Source: Cyanidioschyzon merolae (taxonomy: Eukaryota). From it: DNA of 64,000 nucleotides. Under the pieces are notes generated by a model. The model saw only the letters and a program-made list of their open reading frames with translations. It did not search any database and was not told the origin of the DNA. The translations under genes and the position numbers were made by a program. Shown here piece after piece: positions 44,931 to 55,731 of the stretch. The DNA lies in assembly GCA_000091205.1 (NCBI GenBank), contig AP006495.2; one strand, 5' to 3'. How positions within the stretch are numbered: the first letter of the stretch is position 1; each line of letters opens with the position of its first letter.

Positions 44931-45105
44931 GAGAGAAAATACGAAACGACCATAACATCCGAGAAGAAGTATGGGTAATGGAACTTGGAGGTAGGCGCTT
45001 CATGATGGACGCTTTCTCGAAAGCCATTATCGATCCCGAGTGCTGGGATCCATGGTCAATGGAAACGTTTTGTCATCCGGAAAAAAATTTGCGCAGCATC
45101 GCGCT
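44931..45105. repeat. dispersed repeat, copy A (~175 bp)
   Basis: The sequence gagagaaaatacgaaacgaccataacatccgagaagaagtatgggtaatggaacttggaggtaggcg ... aacgttttgtcatccggaaaaaaa matches copy B at 49461-49650 at roughly 80% identity in the same orientation. Confidence 0.6.
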
Positions 45106-45280
45106 GGACAGTAATGTCCATTAATATCCATATGCACCCAATCTCCTCATTTCACAGCAGTGGCAAGCGCTACACTCCCCATACCGCACACGAGAACAAA
45201 CAATCATACCTTTCCGTTCTTCGGGTCGGCAGCGCATCTGCATATGAGGTTCCCTTTTCTAGAATGACGCTGCCATAGAA

Positions 45281-46255
45281 ATGGTGCCGTGTCCTTTCGC
45301 TCAGCGTTTGACTGAACAATCCTCGTTGGGTGAATTGAACACCCCTGGAGAAGCCGAGGCCGAGAACGACCCAAGTCGACGGCCCCAGTGCCCATTTCAA
45401 CGGTCTGTCGAGAGCGGCACGGAAGCGCCGAGCCGCAGCGGTGACCAATGGACACACGCTCGCTCTGAAAGCATCCTGTGCCCGCTGTGTCATACACCGC
45501 CGGTGCCGCGCGCTGGCGGCTACGCCCTAGCACTGCCGTGCACACACGTGTACTGCGGCGCGTGCGCAGCGAACGGTGTACGCGACTGTCTACTCTGTGG
45601 GTGTACGGTCTCGGGGTTTGTGCAAGGCTCCGAGTACGTGAAGGAAGACGCACTGTTCGAGGATATTCGCCAGACGGCCGCAAAGTATTTGACGCTGAAC
45701 GCAGCTCAGCTATGCGTGCAGCTCGGTGTCAAGCGCCGAGAACCGTTCCTGCTTGAAACCGCTATTCGAACGTATGCACGTGAGCTTGAGTGGAGTGAGC
45801 AGAAAGAGGCCCTGACTCAATTGCAGGCTGAAGCAGTTTCTCCGGTTGCGTCAGCGACGTGCCCGTCGATTGCAGAGGGTTCCGCGTCAGAAGATGTTGT
45901 CGCGAACAACGGACCGTCCATGGAGCTTGCGGAAGACGCATGGCTAACAATGCCGAAACTGCGTGCGCGAGTACTCTACGCTGTGGCGTGTGGGATCCTC
46001 GCGGAAATGAAGCTTTCTGCCGACTGGTCGTCCCTGGAGCTTGCAACACGTTCCGATACTGTTCGAGAAGCATATCACTACGCAAAAACCTCAGTCGATG
46101 TTCTTCTTGGTCTAGATCGGTTGGGCTCACCATTCATTGAACAGGCTTTAGAGCAGAGTCTCATGCGTTTGGAATGGGCAGCGCGCGTGCTCAGAAACTT
46201 GCGATCATCGACTACGCGCGCAGACAAACTGCACCTGTCGACTGAAGCGGCTTAG
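45281..46255 (+). CDS. RING-finger (C3HC4-type) protein
   Basis: 324-aa ORF from an ATG. It has the RING signature CPLCHTPPVPRAGGYALALPCTHVYCGACAANGVRDCLLCGC. The rest is not assignable. Confidence 0.45.
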   Translation: MVPCPFAQRLTEQSSLGELNTPGEAEAENDPSRRPQCPFQRSVESGTEAPSRSGDQWTHARSESILCPLCHTPPVPRAGGYALALPCTHVYCGACAANGVRDCLLCGCTVSGFVQGSEYVKEDALFEDIRQTAAKYLTLNAAQLCVQLGVKRREPFLLETAIRTYARELEWSEQKEALTQLQAEAVSPVASATCPSIAEGSASEDVVANNGPSMELAEDAWLTMPKLRARVLYAVACGILAEMKLSADWSSLELATRSDTVREAYHYAKTSVDVLLGLDRLGSPFIEQALEQSLMRLEWAARVLRNLRSSTTRADKLHLSTEAA

Positions 46256-47361
46256 CCGGGCACCAGCCTCGCCAGGTTGCCAGCGGTGCGGCTTGCTGCC
46301 CGCTTGGCATGCAGAACGGGAACATTCTCAGTGGAGACGGCCTTGAGTGGGTGCGTACCTGGCTCGGAAGCACCGGCCAGCGCTATTGCATCGATGTCAG
46401 CGACAGCCGGTGACGCGGGTGATAGGCTCCTGTGGTGTGTCGATGACCGAGCGCCCTGTGCACCCTTTTCTGGTGTTGAGAATTCGGACAGCGCATCATG
46501 CACAGCGGGCGTGCAAGTTCTGGGATCATTTCGTTTGGCACGTTCCCGTTGAGCACAGGAGGCCGGGTCCTCGCGAGGGCACTCCGCCACAGCAGCGGCA
46601 GCTGCACCGCCACCGCTCAGGGCCAGCTGCCGGAGAGCAGCGAGCGTCTGGCGCCAGGACGCTGCAGGGCCCGCCACAGGCGATTCGTTGACTGCAGGTT
46701 CATCGCTTTGCGGCTGTGGAATAGCGCGGTTCGGAGAGTACGCCCAACTGGCAGCCGCAAGCAAGTCTGCGGTGGACGGCGACTTTGCAGCCGCACCGCT
46801 GCCCATGGATGCGGGAGCGTTTCGGGATTGGCGACTCGAGACGCGCACAGGCGATAGCACTAGGCTACTTCCTAGAAGCCGTCTTTGGGCCGGTGATGCA
46901 CGGACAGGGGTTAGCGTGACGCGGGACCCGTACATTGCCGCCGGTTTCATGGAGTCCTGTCGAGTCTTTTCTGGGGCGCGGGCTTCGTTTCCGGCGTTGG
47001 TGCCGATGGTCGCTGAAGTATGGCCAGTTTGTGGCAGTTCGTCGGTGCCGTCAACTCCGAACTCAAGTCTCCGTGGCTGCTGGAAAGCGTCCAGCTCGAG
47101 CTGACGACGCCGTCCGCGGTACAGAAATTGCTCGCCTTCCACAAGAGTTCGATGAAGTGCGGTGTGGCGGCGAGATCGGCTGCGACGGTCCAGCGGAGGC
47201 GCCGTCATCACCAGGGCAGTGTCCGTAGAGGATCTGTCGCAGATGCGACTCGCTCCACGCCGCTCGCTTGTCAACGGCGTCGACGGTAGCTCGAGCACTG
47301 GTACCGTCGACAGGCCTGCGGGCCGATGCAGCGACCTACTTGGCGAACACATGGAAATCAA
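46252..47361 (-). CDS. hypothetical low-complexity (Ala/Ser/Pro/Arg-rich) protein
   Basis: 369-aa ORF convergent with the RING gene and overlapping it by 4 nt. It is compositionally biased and may be a GC-driven spurious ORF. Confidence 0.2.
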   Translation of the reverse strand: MISMCSPSRSLHRPAGLSTVPVLELPSTPLTSERRGASRICDRSSTDTALVMTAPPLDRRSRSRRHTALHRTLVEGEQFLYRGRRRQLELDAFQQPRRLEFGVDGTDELPQTGHTSATIGTNAGNEARAPEKTRQDSMKPAAMYGSRVTLTPVRASPAQRRLLGSSLVLSPVRVSSRQSRNAPASMGSGAAAKSPSTADLLAAASWAYSPNRAIPQPQSDEPAVNESPVAGPAASWRQTLAALRQLALSGGGAAAAAVAECPREDPASCAQRERAKRNDPRTCTPAVHDALSEFSTPEKGAQGARSSTHHRSLSPASPAVADIDAIALAGASEPGTHPLKAVSTENVPVLHAKRAASRTAGNLARLVPG

Positions 47362-47666
47362 GCGGAGGAAAGCGTATCAAACACAGTTCTGCAGCGGTGC
47401 GTGGCGTCAGGGAGGGCTCCAAACGCGGTGCGTTCCGATAGGGTTTGATGGCAGCGTCGGCGTTTTGTGGTGCGAAGCGTTGCCTTCAGCAAGCACGCAA
47501 CAACAGGAAACAAAACTCAAGAACACTAGATCGGCTGATGCACCGCGTCCGTTGCCACAGATAGGACAAGATTGACACGTACGTTAGTACTGGAATATGC
47601 GCCACAGGTGCCAGAAGACGTGTTACGAGCGACTTGAAGAACGACGTGTCCGGAGCTTTTCTGCCG

Positions 47667-47718
47667 CACGCAATCGCACGCAATCGCACGCAATCGCACG
47701 CAATCGCACGCAATCGCA
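47667..47718. repeat. (CGCACGCAAT)n decamer repeat x5
   Basis: The tract is cgcacgcaatcgcacgcaatcgcacgcaatcgcacgcaatcgcacgcaatcgcag. Confidence 0.85.
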
Positions 47719-47840
47719 GGCGAAGCAGGCACCGGCGCGCATCCCAAATCGTAACCGCCATTGGTGCGCGCCATGGTGAGCATGCTTTCTCCCGCGATGC
47801 CGTTTACGATTGCGGCCTGGGGGGTGGTTCCAAATTCGTT

Positions 47841-47960
47841 TGTGTGCGTGTGCGTGTGCGTGTGCGTGTGCGTGTGCGTGTGCGTGTGCGTGTGCGTGTG
47901 CGTGTGCGTGTGCGTGTGCGTGTGCGTGTGCGTGTGCGTGTGCGTGTGCGTGTGCGTGTG
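47841..47960. repeat. (TGTGCG)n hexamer microsatellite, ~20 copies
   Basis: A long uninterrupted run of tgtgcgtgtgcg repeats produces spurious poly-(VR)/(CA) ORFs in all frames. Confidence 0.9.
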
Positions 47961-49460
47961 TCGGTCAGCCATGCTGCAATCCGAAGAAGAGTCGTGCCGC
48001 GGTCGCTGTCGTGCGGGCATGCACGCAGCGTGCAGGCAGCATTTGCCTCGCGGGGCGATGACCGCGCATCACGCTGGTACCGCCTCTTCCATTTTCAGTG
48101 CCCGATGCGTACGAGACCGCGATGGCGTATAGGCGCGTCGCAGAGACTGATATTGGTACCGTAAAGTTTACAATACATTGGAGCGAGTTCTCGGGATACG
48201 TTGCTGCAGCGCTTCTTCATATGAGCAGCTCATCACGAGAGAATGGTTGTGCGGGCCCCTAAGAAAACCGGGTCTTCGTCTCCGTCAATGATGCTTGAAC
48301 GCGGATTGCGTCAGGTAGGTCCCTCGTGGTGCCTTATACAACGTATCGATATGGGTTGAACTGAACCGGGTGCCGACATGAATGATCTACGACGGGGCCG
48401 TTCGCACTGCCCACGTTAGGTGCGACCTGCTGAATCATGGGCATGGATTTGTTGGCAGCGGCTGCTCCACGAGATAAGCAGGTGGCACGGGACAGCATAT
48501 TCAGGGCTGGCGCTGCGATGAAAACCGGCACCTGCCATTCCCGCTGGGTGCGACAGAGCGCGCTCCAGAATCCAGCGTTTCCCTCAACGCACGACGCTAC
48601 GCTGAGGCTGCAACGAATGAAATACCAGTACCTAGACTGGTGCGGTCCCCGAAGGACTCGCGCGGCTCGCAGCGCTGTCGCACAGGCATGCACCGACCGT
48701 GCATAGCATGTGGGTGCCCCGCATACGCCCCACGAGGAAGTGCCGGCATTCTAGCAACCGAATGTATGGCTGCATATGAAACACCCGCGTTTCGAGCTCT
48801 GCCGCCATTGCCATGAGGAACGTCCTCAGCGCGTGGACCCCGAAACTCGATTTTATTTGTTCGTGCGAGTGCCACCAGGTGCAAGCGGATGCAACGAGGA
48901 TCTTGCGTATACAGCGCGCCGCGCTTCGGTGCCGCTGCGCCCAATCGCTCCGCGAACGTCACCGCGAGAGCCCATCAACGGCGTATCCGGCCACGCACTC
49001 TGAGTGTAGCACTGGCAACTGATGGTCCGCTAAACGAGCCTCAGCGCTCATTAGTGGCGCACAAACTCACACTCTACCTTCTAGGCGGAAGGTCCAGCGA
49101 ATCGGATGCGCACCCGGGCTCAATGCGCTCTCTGCGCCTACCTTCTGTGGTGGGTGTCGAGCTCAAACCCGCATTGCCAACCGACAACGCATTCCATGCA
49201 TGATCACGAAGGAGAGAGGCGGCTTCCACGATATATCCTAACAACCAAGTTTCTCCAGCGTGTCGTGCAGCGAAGACAAACCTGCATCCGTAGACTGTCT
49301 GAGCACAAACTGACGACGAGACCCGATTCTACGTCGGGTGAAGCACCCCTCGAGCTGACGCCCTCTATGGTATAGAAATGCTGTTCTAGCTCTACGAACT
49401 ATCTGCTCGAGCGGTTCAGGTGCAAAGGCGGATACAGAAAGGCAGGTTCTAGGCACACAC

Positions 49461-49650
49461 GATAGGACGTATGAAACGACCAGAATATCCGAGACGAAGT
49501 ATAGGTAATGTAACATGGAGGTAGGGGGTTGATGGATACCTCACCGCGCACTGAAAAAAACACACACAAAAAAGTAAGAAAAGAAAAATGCGCATAATCG
49601 GAGAACGCTGGCCTAAGTAAACGTTTTGTCCATGAAAAAAACGGCGTGTC
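49461..49650. repeat. dispersed repeat, copy B (~185 bp)
   Basis: The sequence gataggacgtatgaaacgaccagaatatccgagacgaagtataggtaatgtaacatggaggtaggggg ... aacgttttgtccatgaaaaaaac matches copy A at 44931-45105. Confidence 0.6.
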
Positions 49651-49731
49651 CGGCGCCGGTTGTGCTCCCGCGCGACTCTGAATGGAGGCATCGATCTCGC
49701 ACTGTAGGCGGAAAGCGAGCGGCGCGCGTAG

Positions 49732-50276
49732 GAACTCGCGCATTCCGCTGAGAACCGGGACAAGAGCCCGGACTTGGTCACCATCCTGCCGAGATTCGGC
49801 CAGGGGCCTTCGTTAACCGCGGAGACCGAGTCCGGTTCAGTCGAGTTCATGCGAGAGGTGCTTCGCGGCCGCTTGGCATTGGGTGTGCCCGCCCGGCAGC
49901 AGTCCATTGTGGACGTTCGGGATGTTGTGCTGGCGCATCTCCGTGCTGGCAGCGAGAAGAAGCGCGTCCCCAGTGGCCGGTAATTGTCGTTGCTGGGTAA
50001 AAGTCTATTCTGGAGGTGGCGTATGTGCTGCGAGCCAAATGGGGTCAGCGCTTCCGATCACCCCGACGAGAGCTTCCCAAGTGGCTCATATACTTCGCGG
50101 GTCCATTTATCGGACTGCCGTGGGAGATGATTCGTCATCGAGTTGGTATTCCGATTTGCTTCAATGTCGCGAAATCGAAGATGCTTCTTGACATCGAGTA
50201 TCGCAATGCCGATCTGACGATTCGAGAGCATGTTCAGCAGATGATTGCGGATGGCCTGGTTCCTTTGCAGCGCTAG
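49732..50276 (+). pseudogene. C-terminal fragment of an extended-SDR NAD-dependent epimerase/dehydratase (3beta-HSD/NSDHL/CCR-like); frameshifted or spliced
   Basis: Frame 1 (49732-49980) encodes ELAHSAENRDKSPDLVTILPRFGQGPSLTAE ... LALGVPARQQSIVDVRDVVLAHLRAGSEKKRVPSGR. The xVDVRDVAxAHIxA motif is the hallmark of this SDR family. After a TAA, a different frame (50001-50276) continues with ELPKWLIYFAGPFIGLPWEMI ... FNVAKSKMLLDIEYRNADLTIREHVQQMI (the C-terminal ...F-S-x-KAK-x-LGY-P... segment). The Rossmann/YxxxK half is not found within 800 bp upstream, which is stop-rich. Confidence 0.4.
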
Positions 50277-51143
50277 TTTTCGTGGTAATGGTGATAATGG
50301 CGAAGGTGGTGGCAGTGTTGGCATCTCGGAAATGACCTTTGCCTGCGGGAAAGCGGCGATCTTTGCATAAGCGAGCTGCGTCAGCAACGCGACGCGGTCG
50401 GTAGCGCTTTTGCGCAGCGGTTCACGCTGCAAAACTCGAGCAACGAGACCTCTGCGCCCGCGCAGGGCGCAGCATGCACTACATTCTTTTTCTGTGAAAC
50501 AAGCTGGATCCGCCTAATCAGGATTCATAGGATGCGCGAATGGTGCCTGTTACCACGGAAGCGATCTCGCACCAGCCGCAGACGCTTCTATGTGCTACGA
50601 ACCCGAGAACGGTCTCGTCGTCGGGCTTTGACCTTTGATTGACCAAGCAATAAAAGACCTCGAGATGCCGTGCCTGAGATAAAAGTCGCCAACCGCGGAT
50701 CGCACAGTATTGCGGTTCCGTTGCGGCTAGCGACCCGGAGTGCAGCGCCTTCGTCCCCGCTCGCATCATCACTGCGTCGATGCGATGCGACCGTCGATAA
50801 ACGCGTTCGCACATGGACTCGACTGGGGTAGACCTCGTGGACCGCGTCTGGAATTCAAGGACCTAGGTATGCGCGCTTTGCAAAATCACGAGCGCTGTCG
50901 CTTTCCTGACACCGAACGACGAGGGCGACACCCCGCAGTGTCATTTTTGGATGGCGCGGGACGCATGCGACGAAGCTGCACCCCTCGGATGCGCATGTAC
51001 TGTCCACGAAACGGCCTCACAGACACGGGATTCATTGCAAAGCCGTCGGGATCGCTTCACTGGATCGCAACTCTGTTTCTGTGATTCCAGTTCAGATTCA
51101 CAGGCGCAAGCAATGGATTCGACGAAGGTATCCAGCATGTGTC

Positions 51144-51495
51144 AGGGTTTTCACCAAAATAGAGCACGTTTACGGGGAAGACGCACAGGCAGTCGACTTG
51201 ATCATCATGCAAAAGGGGTTCAGCAAAATTCAGGGTTTTCCCCATTATAGAGCACGTGTACGGGGAAAAACGCACAGGCAGTTGATATGATCATCATGCA
51301 AAATGCGTTCAGCAATATGTCAGGGGTTTCACCATATAGAGCACGTGTTCGGGGAAAAACGCACAGGCAGTTGATATGATCATCATGAAAAATGCGTTCA
51401 GCAATATGTCAGGGTTTTCACCAATATAGAGCACGTGTACGGGGAAAAACGCACAGGCAGTTGATATGATCATCATGCAAAATGCGTTCAGCAGC
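51144..51495. repeat. tandem repeat, ~88-bp unit x4
   Basis: The unit cagggttttcaccaatatagagcacgtgtacggggaaaaacgcacaggcagttgatatgatcatcatgcaaaatgcgttcagcaatatgt starts at 51144, 51231, 51321 and 51410. It is followed by a (CATG)5 tract at 51513-51532 and a very GC-rich segment. Confidence 0.85.
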
Positions 51496-52065
51496 CGCTT
51501 CAACCTGACCGCATGCATGCATGCATGCATCGAGCTGCTTGCCCGCCGGTGCGTGCAGCCGAGTCGCGACGCGCACGCCTCGGAATCGACGGCGGGAAGA
51601 TCGACGCGCGCGCAGCGGCAGGCACGCAACTGATGCGAGGCGCGGCAGCAAGATGCGCGCCTGCAGTGCGACCCCCCGGTAGGGCATCCAGAAACGGACA
51701 TGTGAGCGGCTCAGCGCGCCGGGCTTCGGCGTCGCTTCCACAGAATCGTGACAGCACGTAGCGCGTCACTGCGTGTGCTTCTTCTGTTGCAGCGACGTGT
51801 GCATCGTTTGCGCTCGTAACGCGCGGTATTTGGAAAGAAGCTTGCTATTCTACCACACAACGCTGTGTGTGTGTGTGTGCGCTGATTGCGTCGTGTGCTT
51901 GCGACTACGAACCCGAGTGGTGACGGTAAACCCTAGGGCAGCTTCTGCGAGACGAGCGTACGCTTCTTGCTAGCGCGTTGACCAGTATAACGGAACCCTG
52001 TCTGCAAGGTATCCACTCAGCTGAACACCAGTACTACAACTACCTGTACTTTTCGTTGGCGTAAG

Positions 52066-52692
52066 ATGGCTTCAACGACAGTTAACGGTGAAGTAGGCGG
52101 GTCTGCCGCACGGACTGGAGGGAAACGCGGCACAGGCCGCGTCGGGGACGCTGCCAGCGGCGACCTGGTCTTCACGAGTGCGTGCCGCCTCGTGCGTGAC
52201 CAAAGCGAGACTTTGTCTGCGTCAGACGCGAAAAGTCTGCCTTCCATCAAGGTATCGTGGGATCAAAAGCTCTCCACGTACATCTACAGGACAAAGCGTT
52301 TTCTGCTCAGTTCAGAGCGCGTGTCCATAAGTGGTATTGGGATGGCTATCACGAGCGTCGTGATGTGCGCTGAGATACTGCGCAATGAAGGGTTTGTAGA
52401 TATCGTGAGTATCGAGACGTCGATGCTCAAGAGCAAGGCGCAAAACGCCCCTGCGCACCAGAAACCGGTTGTGGAGATCGTCGTGGAGCGCACGCCGCAG
52501 TTCCACGAGCGTATGGAGGCCGAGAATGCAGCCCGTGCTGCCAGGCGACCAGATCGAGAACGCAGGGCTGCGACTGGTGCACCATCCGGGCGCCGAGGCG
52601 GTGGGAATGCTCGCTCTGCCGCAGATGCGCGACCGCACCCACGAGACGGTGAAGAGGAAAGCGAAGAAAACGAGGACGCTGAGCACGAATGA
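52066..52692 (+). CDS. Alba-domain DNA/RNA-binding protein with Arg/Gly- and acidic-rich tail
   Basis: 208-aa ORF from an ATG. The Alba-like core is VSISGIGMAITSVVMCAEILRNEGFVDIVSIETSM (compare the Alba/Rpp25 consensus ISGrGrAIskAVdvAEilk). The C-terminus has RGG-like (RRGGGNAR) and Glu-rich segments. Confidence 0.5.
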   Translation: MASTTVNGEVGGSAARTGGKRGTGRVGDAASGDLVFTSACRLVRDQSETLSASDAKSLPSIKVSWDQKLSTYIYRTKRFLLSSERVSISGIGMAITSVVMCAEILRNEGFVDIVSIETSMLKSKAQNAPAHQKPVVEIVVERTPQFHERMEAENAARAARRPDRERRAATGAPSGRRGGGNARSAADARPHPRDGEEESEENEDAEHE

Positions 52693-53490
52693 CCGACAGC
52701 GGCGAATGACGGCGAGCACGAGCTGTACGACTGCAGCCCGCGGCGACGCGTCTCGTTGTGTACGCAGTTGAGCGCGCGGCACCGATCTTGGGATGAGGTG
52801 CTACCTCGGTTCGCGGACGACTGATATGCTGCTTTACCGTTCGGGTCCGTTGCGGTCTCGCGACATGGCCACGGAATGGATCACGATCGAGTTCGAGTAA
52901 CGTATACAAATTCAAGGAAGTGCATGTGGGTGGCGGATCAAACTTTCAAGATGACGGCAATATATCCCGAACGACATAAAGGAGCGATGTTGTATACGAT
53001 TCCGGACGAAAGCCTTGCGGTACATGAATCGGCACGAGGTGCTGACGACCCAGTCAGGCGCTACGCCGCTTTTGAACCGAGCGGAGCAGCATAGCGCTGC
53101 AGTCACTCGCCCTCTGGCAATAGCAGGACGCGCTGCGCAGCGGTGTTTTACCGCATGGGGTCGATGAACCTAACCAGATGCCCGTGATTCGCGAATGCGC
53201 AGATCCGGTCACCGGGGAAGAGGGCATAGTCCCTTGTGGAACCTCCAACGCTCCACAAGCTCCGAGTCTGTCTTCTCGTCGGAAATCGACGCTAGATGAA
53301 GCAATCCCCGGGTGCTGGGATGCGTGGCCGTTCACGCGTCAAACGCTACCCCGAGCGACACTGCTTCGCCCTGTGCGCAGATACCGACTCGGCATGTAGT
53401 GGGCTGGTGCAGGCCACGCTAGCGAACCGCAGCCACGAACACAGACGGGAACTACCCGCTCCGGCTGCATGCCTGGTTCGGCGTCCTGCG

Positions 53491-53850
53491 TCAGACGGCA
53501 GCAGATCCACCTGCTGCTTCCTCCGTTATCGCTTTCAGAATATCCGAGTCGCCTGGATCTGTTATCGCCATCACCATAACTCGAAAATAACGCCCGCAAG
53601 CTGTACCGAGCTCTATCGAGCTGGCTGGATAGCGGTATACCTGCGCCTTGGCCAACATCGCATAGTAATCGAGGGTGCTCTTTCGCAGGCGCGGACAGTT
53701 ACTCGCGATGATAACAAGCTTACACTTACCCTGGCGAAGGCTCTTTAACGTGCTCTTATATCCAAGGTGATATCGACCGGACTTCATAACAAGCGCCAGA
53801 CGCGCGTTGATCGCTTCGGAAACGCTCCTGGTCTTGCGCGTAGCACTCAT
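53491..53850 (-). CDS. RPL30: 60S ribosomal protein L30e
   Basis: Starting from the internal ATG (+ strand cat at 53848-53850) gives 119 aa. The sequence [105 protein letters not shown] is near-collinear with eukaryotic L30e. The 55-codon in-frame extension in the track ORF is not conserved. Confidence 0.9.
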   Translation of the reverse strand: MSATRKTRSVSEAINARLALVMKSGRYHLGYKSTLKSLRQGKCKLVIIASNCPRLRKSTLDYYAMLAKAQVYRYPASSIELGTACGRYFRVMVMAITDPGDSDILKAITEEAAGGSAAV

Positions 53851-54340
53851 GGTAAGCGGCGGTGCGTGAGCTTCAAGTGTATGTTCGAGCTGATCAACGA
53901 GACTTTCGAGAACTAGACTAGAGTGCAGCGCACGCACGAGACAGCGGAGCGTTCCGCGTAGGCCAGTGGATTCGTTCTTGCGTGCCGCTGCTGCGTAGCT
54001 ACAGCACAAATACACGTTTCGAGAATGAAGTTGTTCAGGGGCGCTGAAGCCGCAGCAGCGCGTAGCGCAGGCACCGCGACGCCGTCGTCGCCTGGCTCTA
54101 TAAAGCTGTACTATAATGTAATTTATGGTTCAAAACTTTCCATCACCAATCGTGTCGATCGCAACGTCACGCAGCGGATGCGCCTCAGCGCTCCGCGCTG
54201 CTCGAATACACAACATGTAGCGTGGCATATACACCATCGTGGTACAGGAAGCGTTTATGAAGTCACAGTGGCTACTGAACCAGTAGAAACTAGATGCACT
54301 GTCCTGGTGGCTACCGCTGTAGAGGTATTCCACGCTGAAA

Positions 54341-54736
54341 ATGAGTGAAATCGCCTGGTATAGGCTTCGAAACCTATATCGCAGTATCCTCCGGAAACAT
54401 CAACAGTGTCTGCCGTTGGAACTCCGCGTCCTCGGTGACCAGTACGTAGCAGAAGAGTTTCGACGAATGCGCGAATTCTTGTTGCGTTCCCAGTCTCAAA
54501 CTGCTAGTAGGCAGCTCTCCGAGTTCCTAGAGCAGTGGCAAATGTACCTTGAGAGCGTCGGCCCCGAAGGACTGACCACTGTGGACGTGGAACCGGCTCT
54601 GTGGCAGCAGCTCAGCCCGGAGCAGCGACTGCAGCTGGAGCGACTCCGCGCAACAGCAACAACGCGCGGAGAAGGCAAGGCGCCTGCAAGTGTGTTTGGG
54701 CGGGCAGGGCCCCCGACGAGATCGAGCTCCGAATAA
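54341..54736 (+). CDS. SDHAF3: succinate dehydrogenase assembly factor 3 (SDHAF3/ACN9, LYR-motif family)
   Basis: 131-aa ORF from an ATG. LYRSILRKHQQCLPLELRVLGDQYVAEEFRRMRE ... SEFLEQWQMYLESV matches the SDHAF3/ACN9 core (LYRRVLQLHRGLP ... LGDQYVRDEFRRH ... FLQEWEVY). Confidence 0.6.
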   Translation: MSEIAWYRLRNLYRSILRKHQQCLPLELRVLGDQYVAEEFRRMREFLLRSQSQTASRQLSEFLEQWQMYLESVGPEGLTTVDVEPALWQQLSPEQRLQLERLRATATTRGEGKAPASVFGRAGPPTRSSSE

Positions 54737-55702
54737 AGGCGGACTTCAAGCAGCGCGCGTTCACGTTGACGCGTTATTCGACGTGGATCACCGCGGACAC
54801 CGCCCGTGTCCGTACTGGTGAGAGACTGTATTTGAAGGTCCTTGACACTAGAGAGGAACACGGAACGTATTTGCACAGACAAGGGTTTTCATGAAAACTG
54901 GAGAAACGGGCTTTGGAAGATGTCTCCAATGAAAGCAGGGCTCGGGAAGCGCGTCATCGTCGCAGGTGCTGACGCTGTAACCATTTCAGCTAGCGGCCGC
55001 GTCTGCCACGGTGATCGACCCCGCAGCAAGTGCTTTCCGCCATTCACTTGCCTCTATCGGACGGGTTCCATCAAATAACGCTCAGCGATCATGACCATCA
55101 AGAGTACAGACCGAAAGCATGACGCATACTGTGTGATTGCAGCTGGCGGAGATTGCGTCGATGCGGCCCCGTACACGACGCCTATGGCGATGCACAGGTC
55201 GGCACTGGGCCTGATCCGAAGACGCATCATCGATGCGAATGTGTGCTCCTGCTGAATCGTTGCCAGGAGAAGGCACATATGTAGAGCACGCCGCGCTACA
55301 TCAACGGGGCAGGCGCGCGAGCCAGCTCAGGCGCTACGGTGTCAACGCTTCTCGGACGTAGACGCATCTTTCGAAGTGACAGCCGCTGGTGGCGTCTTTC
55401 CGAACAACGCGCTCATTCAGATGTCGCGGAAACACCACCATGTGGTGCCTCTTGGCTGGCTTACACGCGGAAAGCATGAGAAAGCGCTAGAGGTTACCGC
55501 ACAGGGCCCCGATCGATGATGAGCATCAGCGGCTGCGAGACTGGAAGCGACGCTGCATGCGTCTATATCTGGGATGCGAAGCTATATCGTACAAGCACTA
55601 CGCCCCAGTTGCAGTATGTTGGCGTCGGACGCTACCAACTAGGTTATATTACGGACGTGAACGTCCAGAGGCGCTCGCTTGTGCAACTTCGGAGGCGGCA
55701 TC

Positions 55703-55731
55703 TCGCCTCGCCTCGCCTCGCCTCGCCTCGC
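55703..55731. repeat. (CGCCT)n pentamer microsatellite
   Basis: The tract tcgcctcgcctcgcctcgcctcgcctcgc lies about 200 bp upstream of the TCF25-like gene. Confidence 0.8.

Noticed and set aside
47526-48164. ORFs of 120-180 aa running through the (TGTGCG)n and (CGCACGCAAT)n tracts and through the 78-bp tandem array (26958-27332)
   Set aside because: The translations are pure repeat artefacts (poly-HT, poly-VR, poly-CA, and repeated HDQHSVIHRYIFIHLWHCSPG). Simple-sequence DNA is open in every frame.
53851-54015. 55-codon N-terminal extension of the RPL30 ORF and 61-codon extension of the dyskerin ORF (61938-62120)
   Set aside because: Conservation with L30e and Cbf5 starts exactly at internal ATGs (MSATRKTRS..., MTPKSSASL...). 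The upstream residues are unconserved and low-complexity. The real starts are taken as 53850 and 62121.
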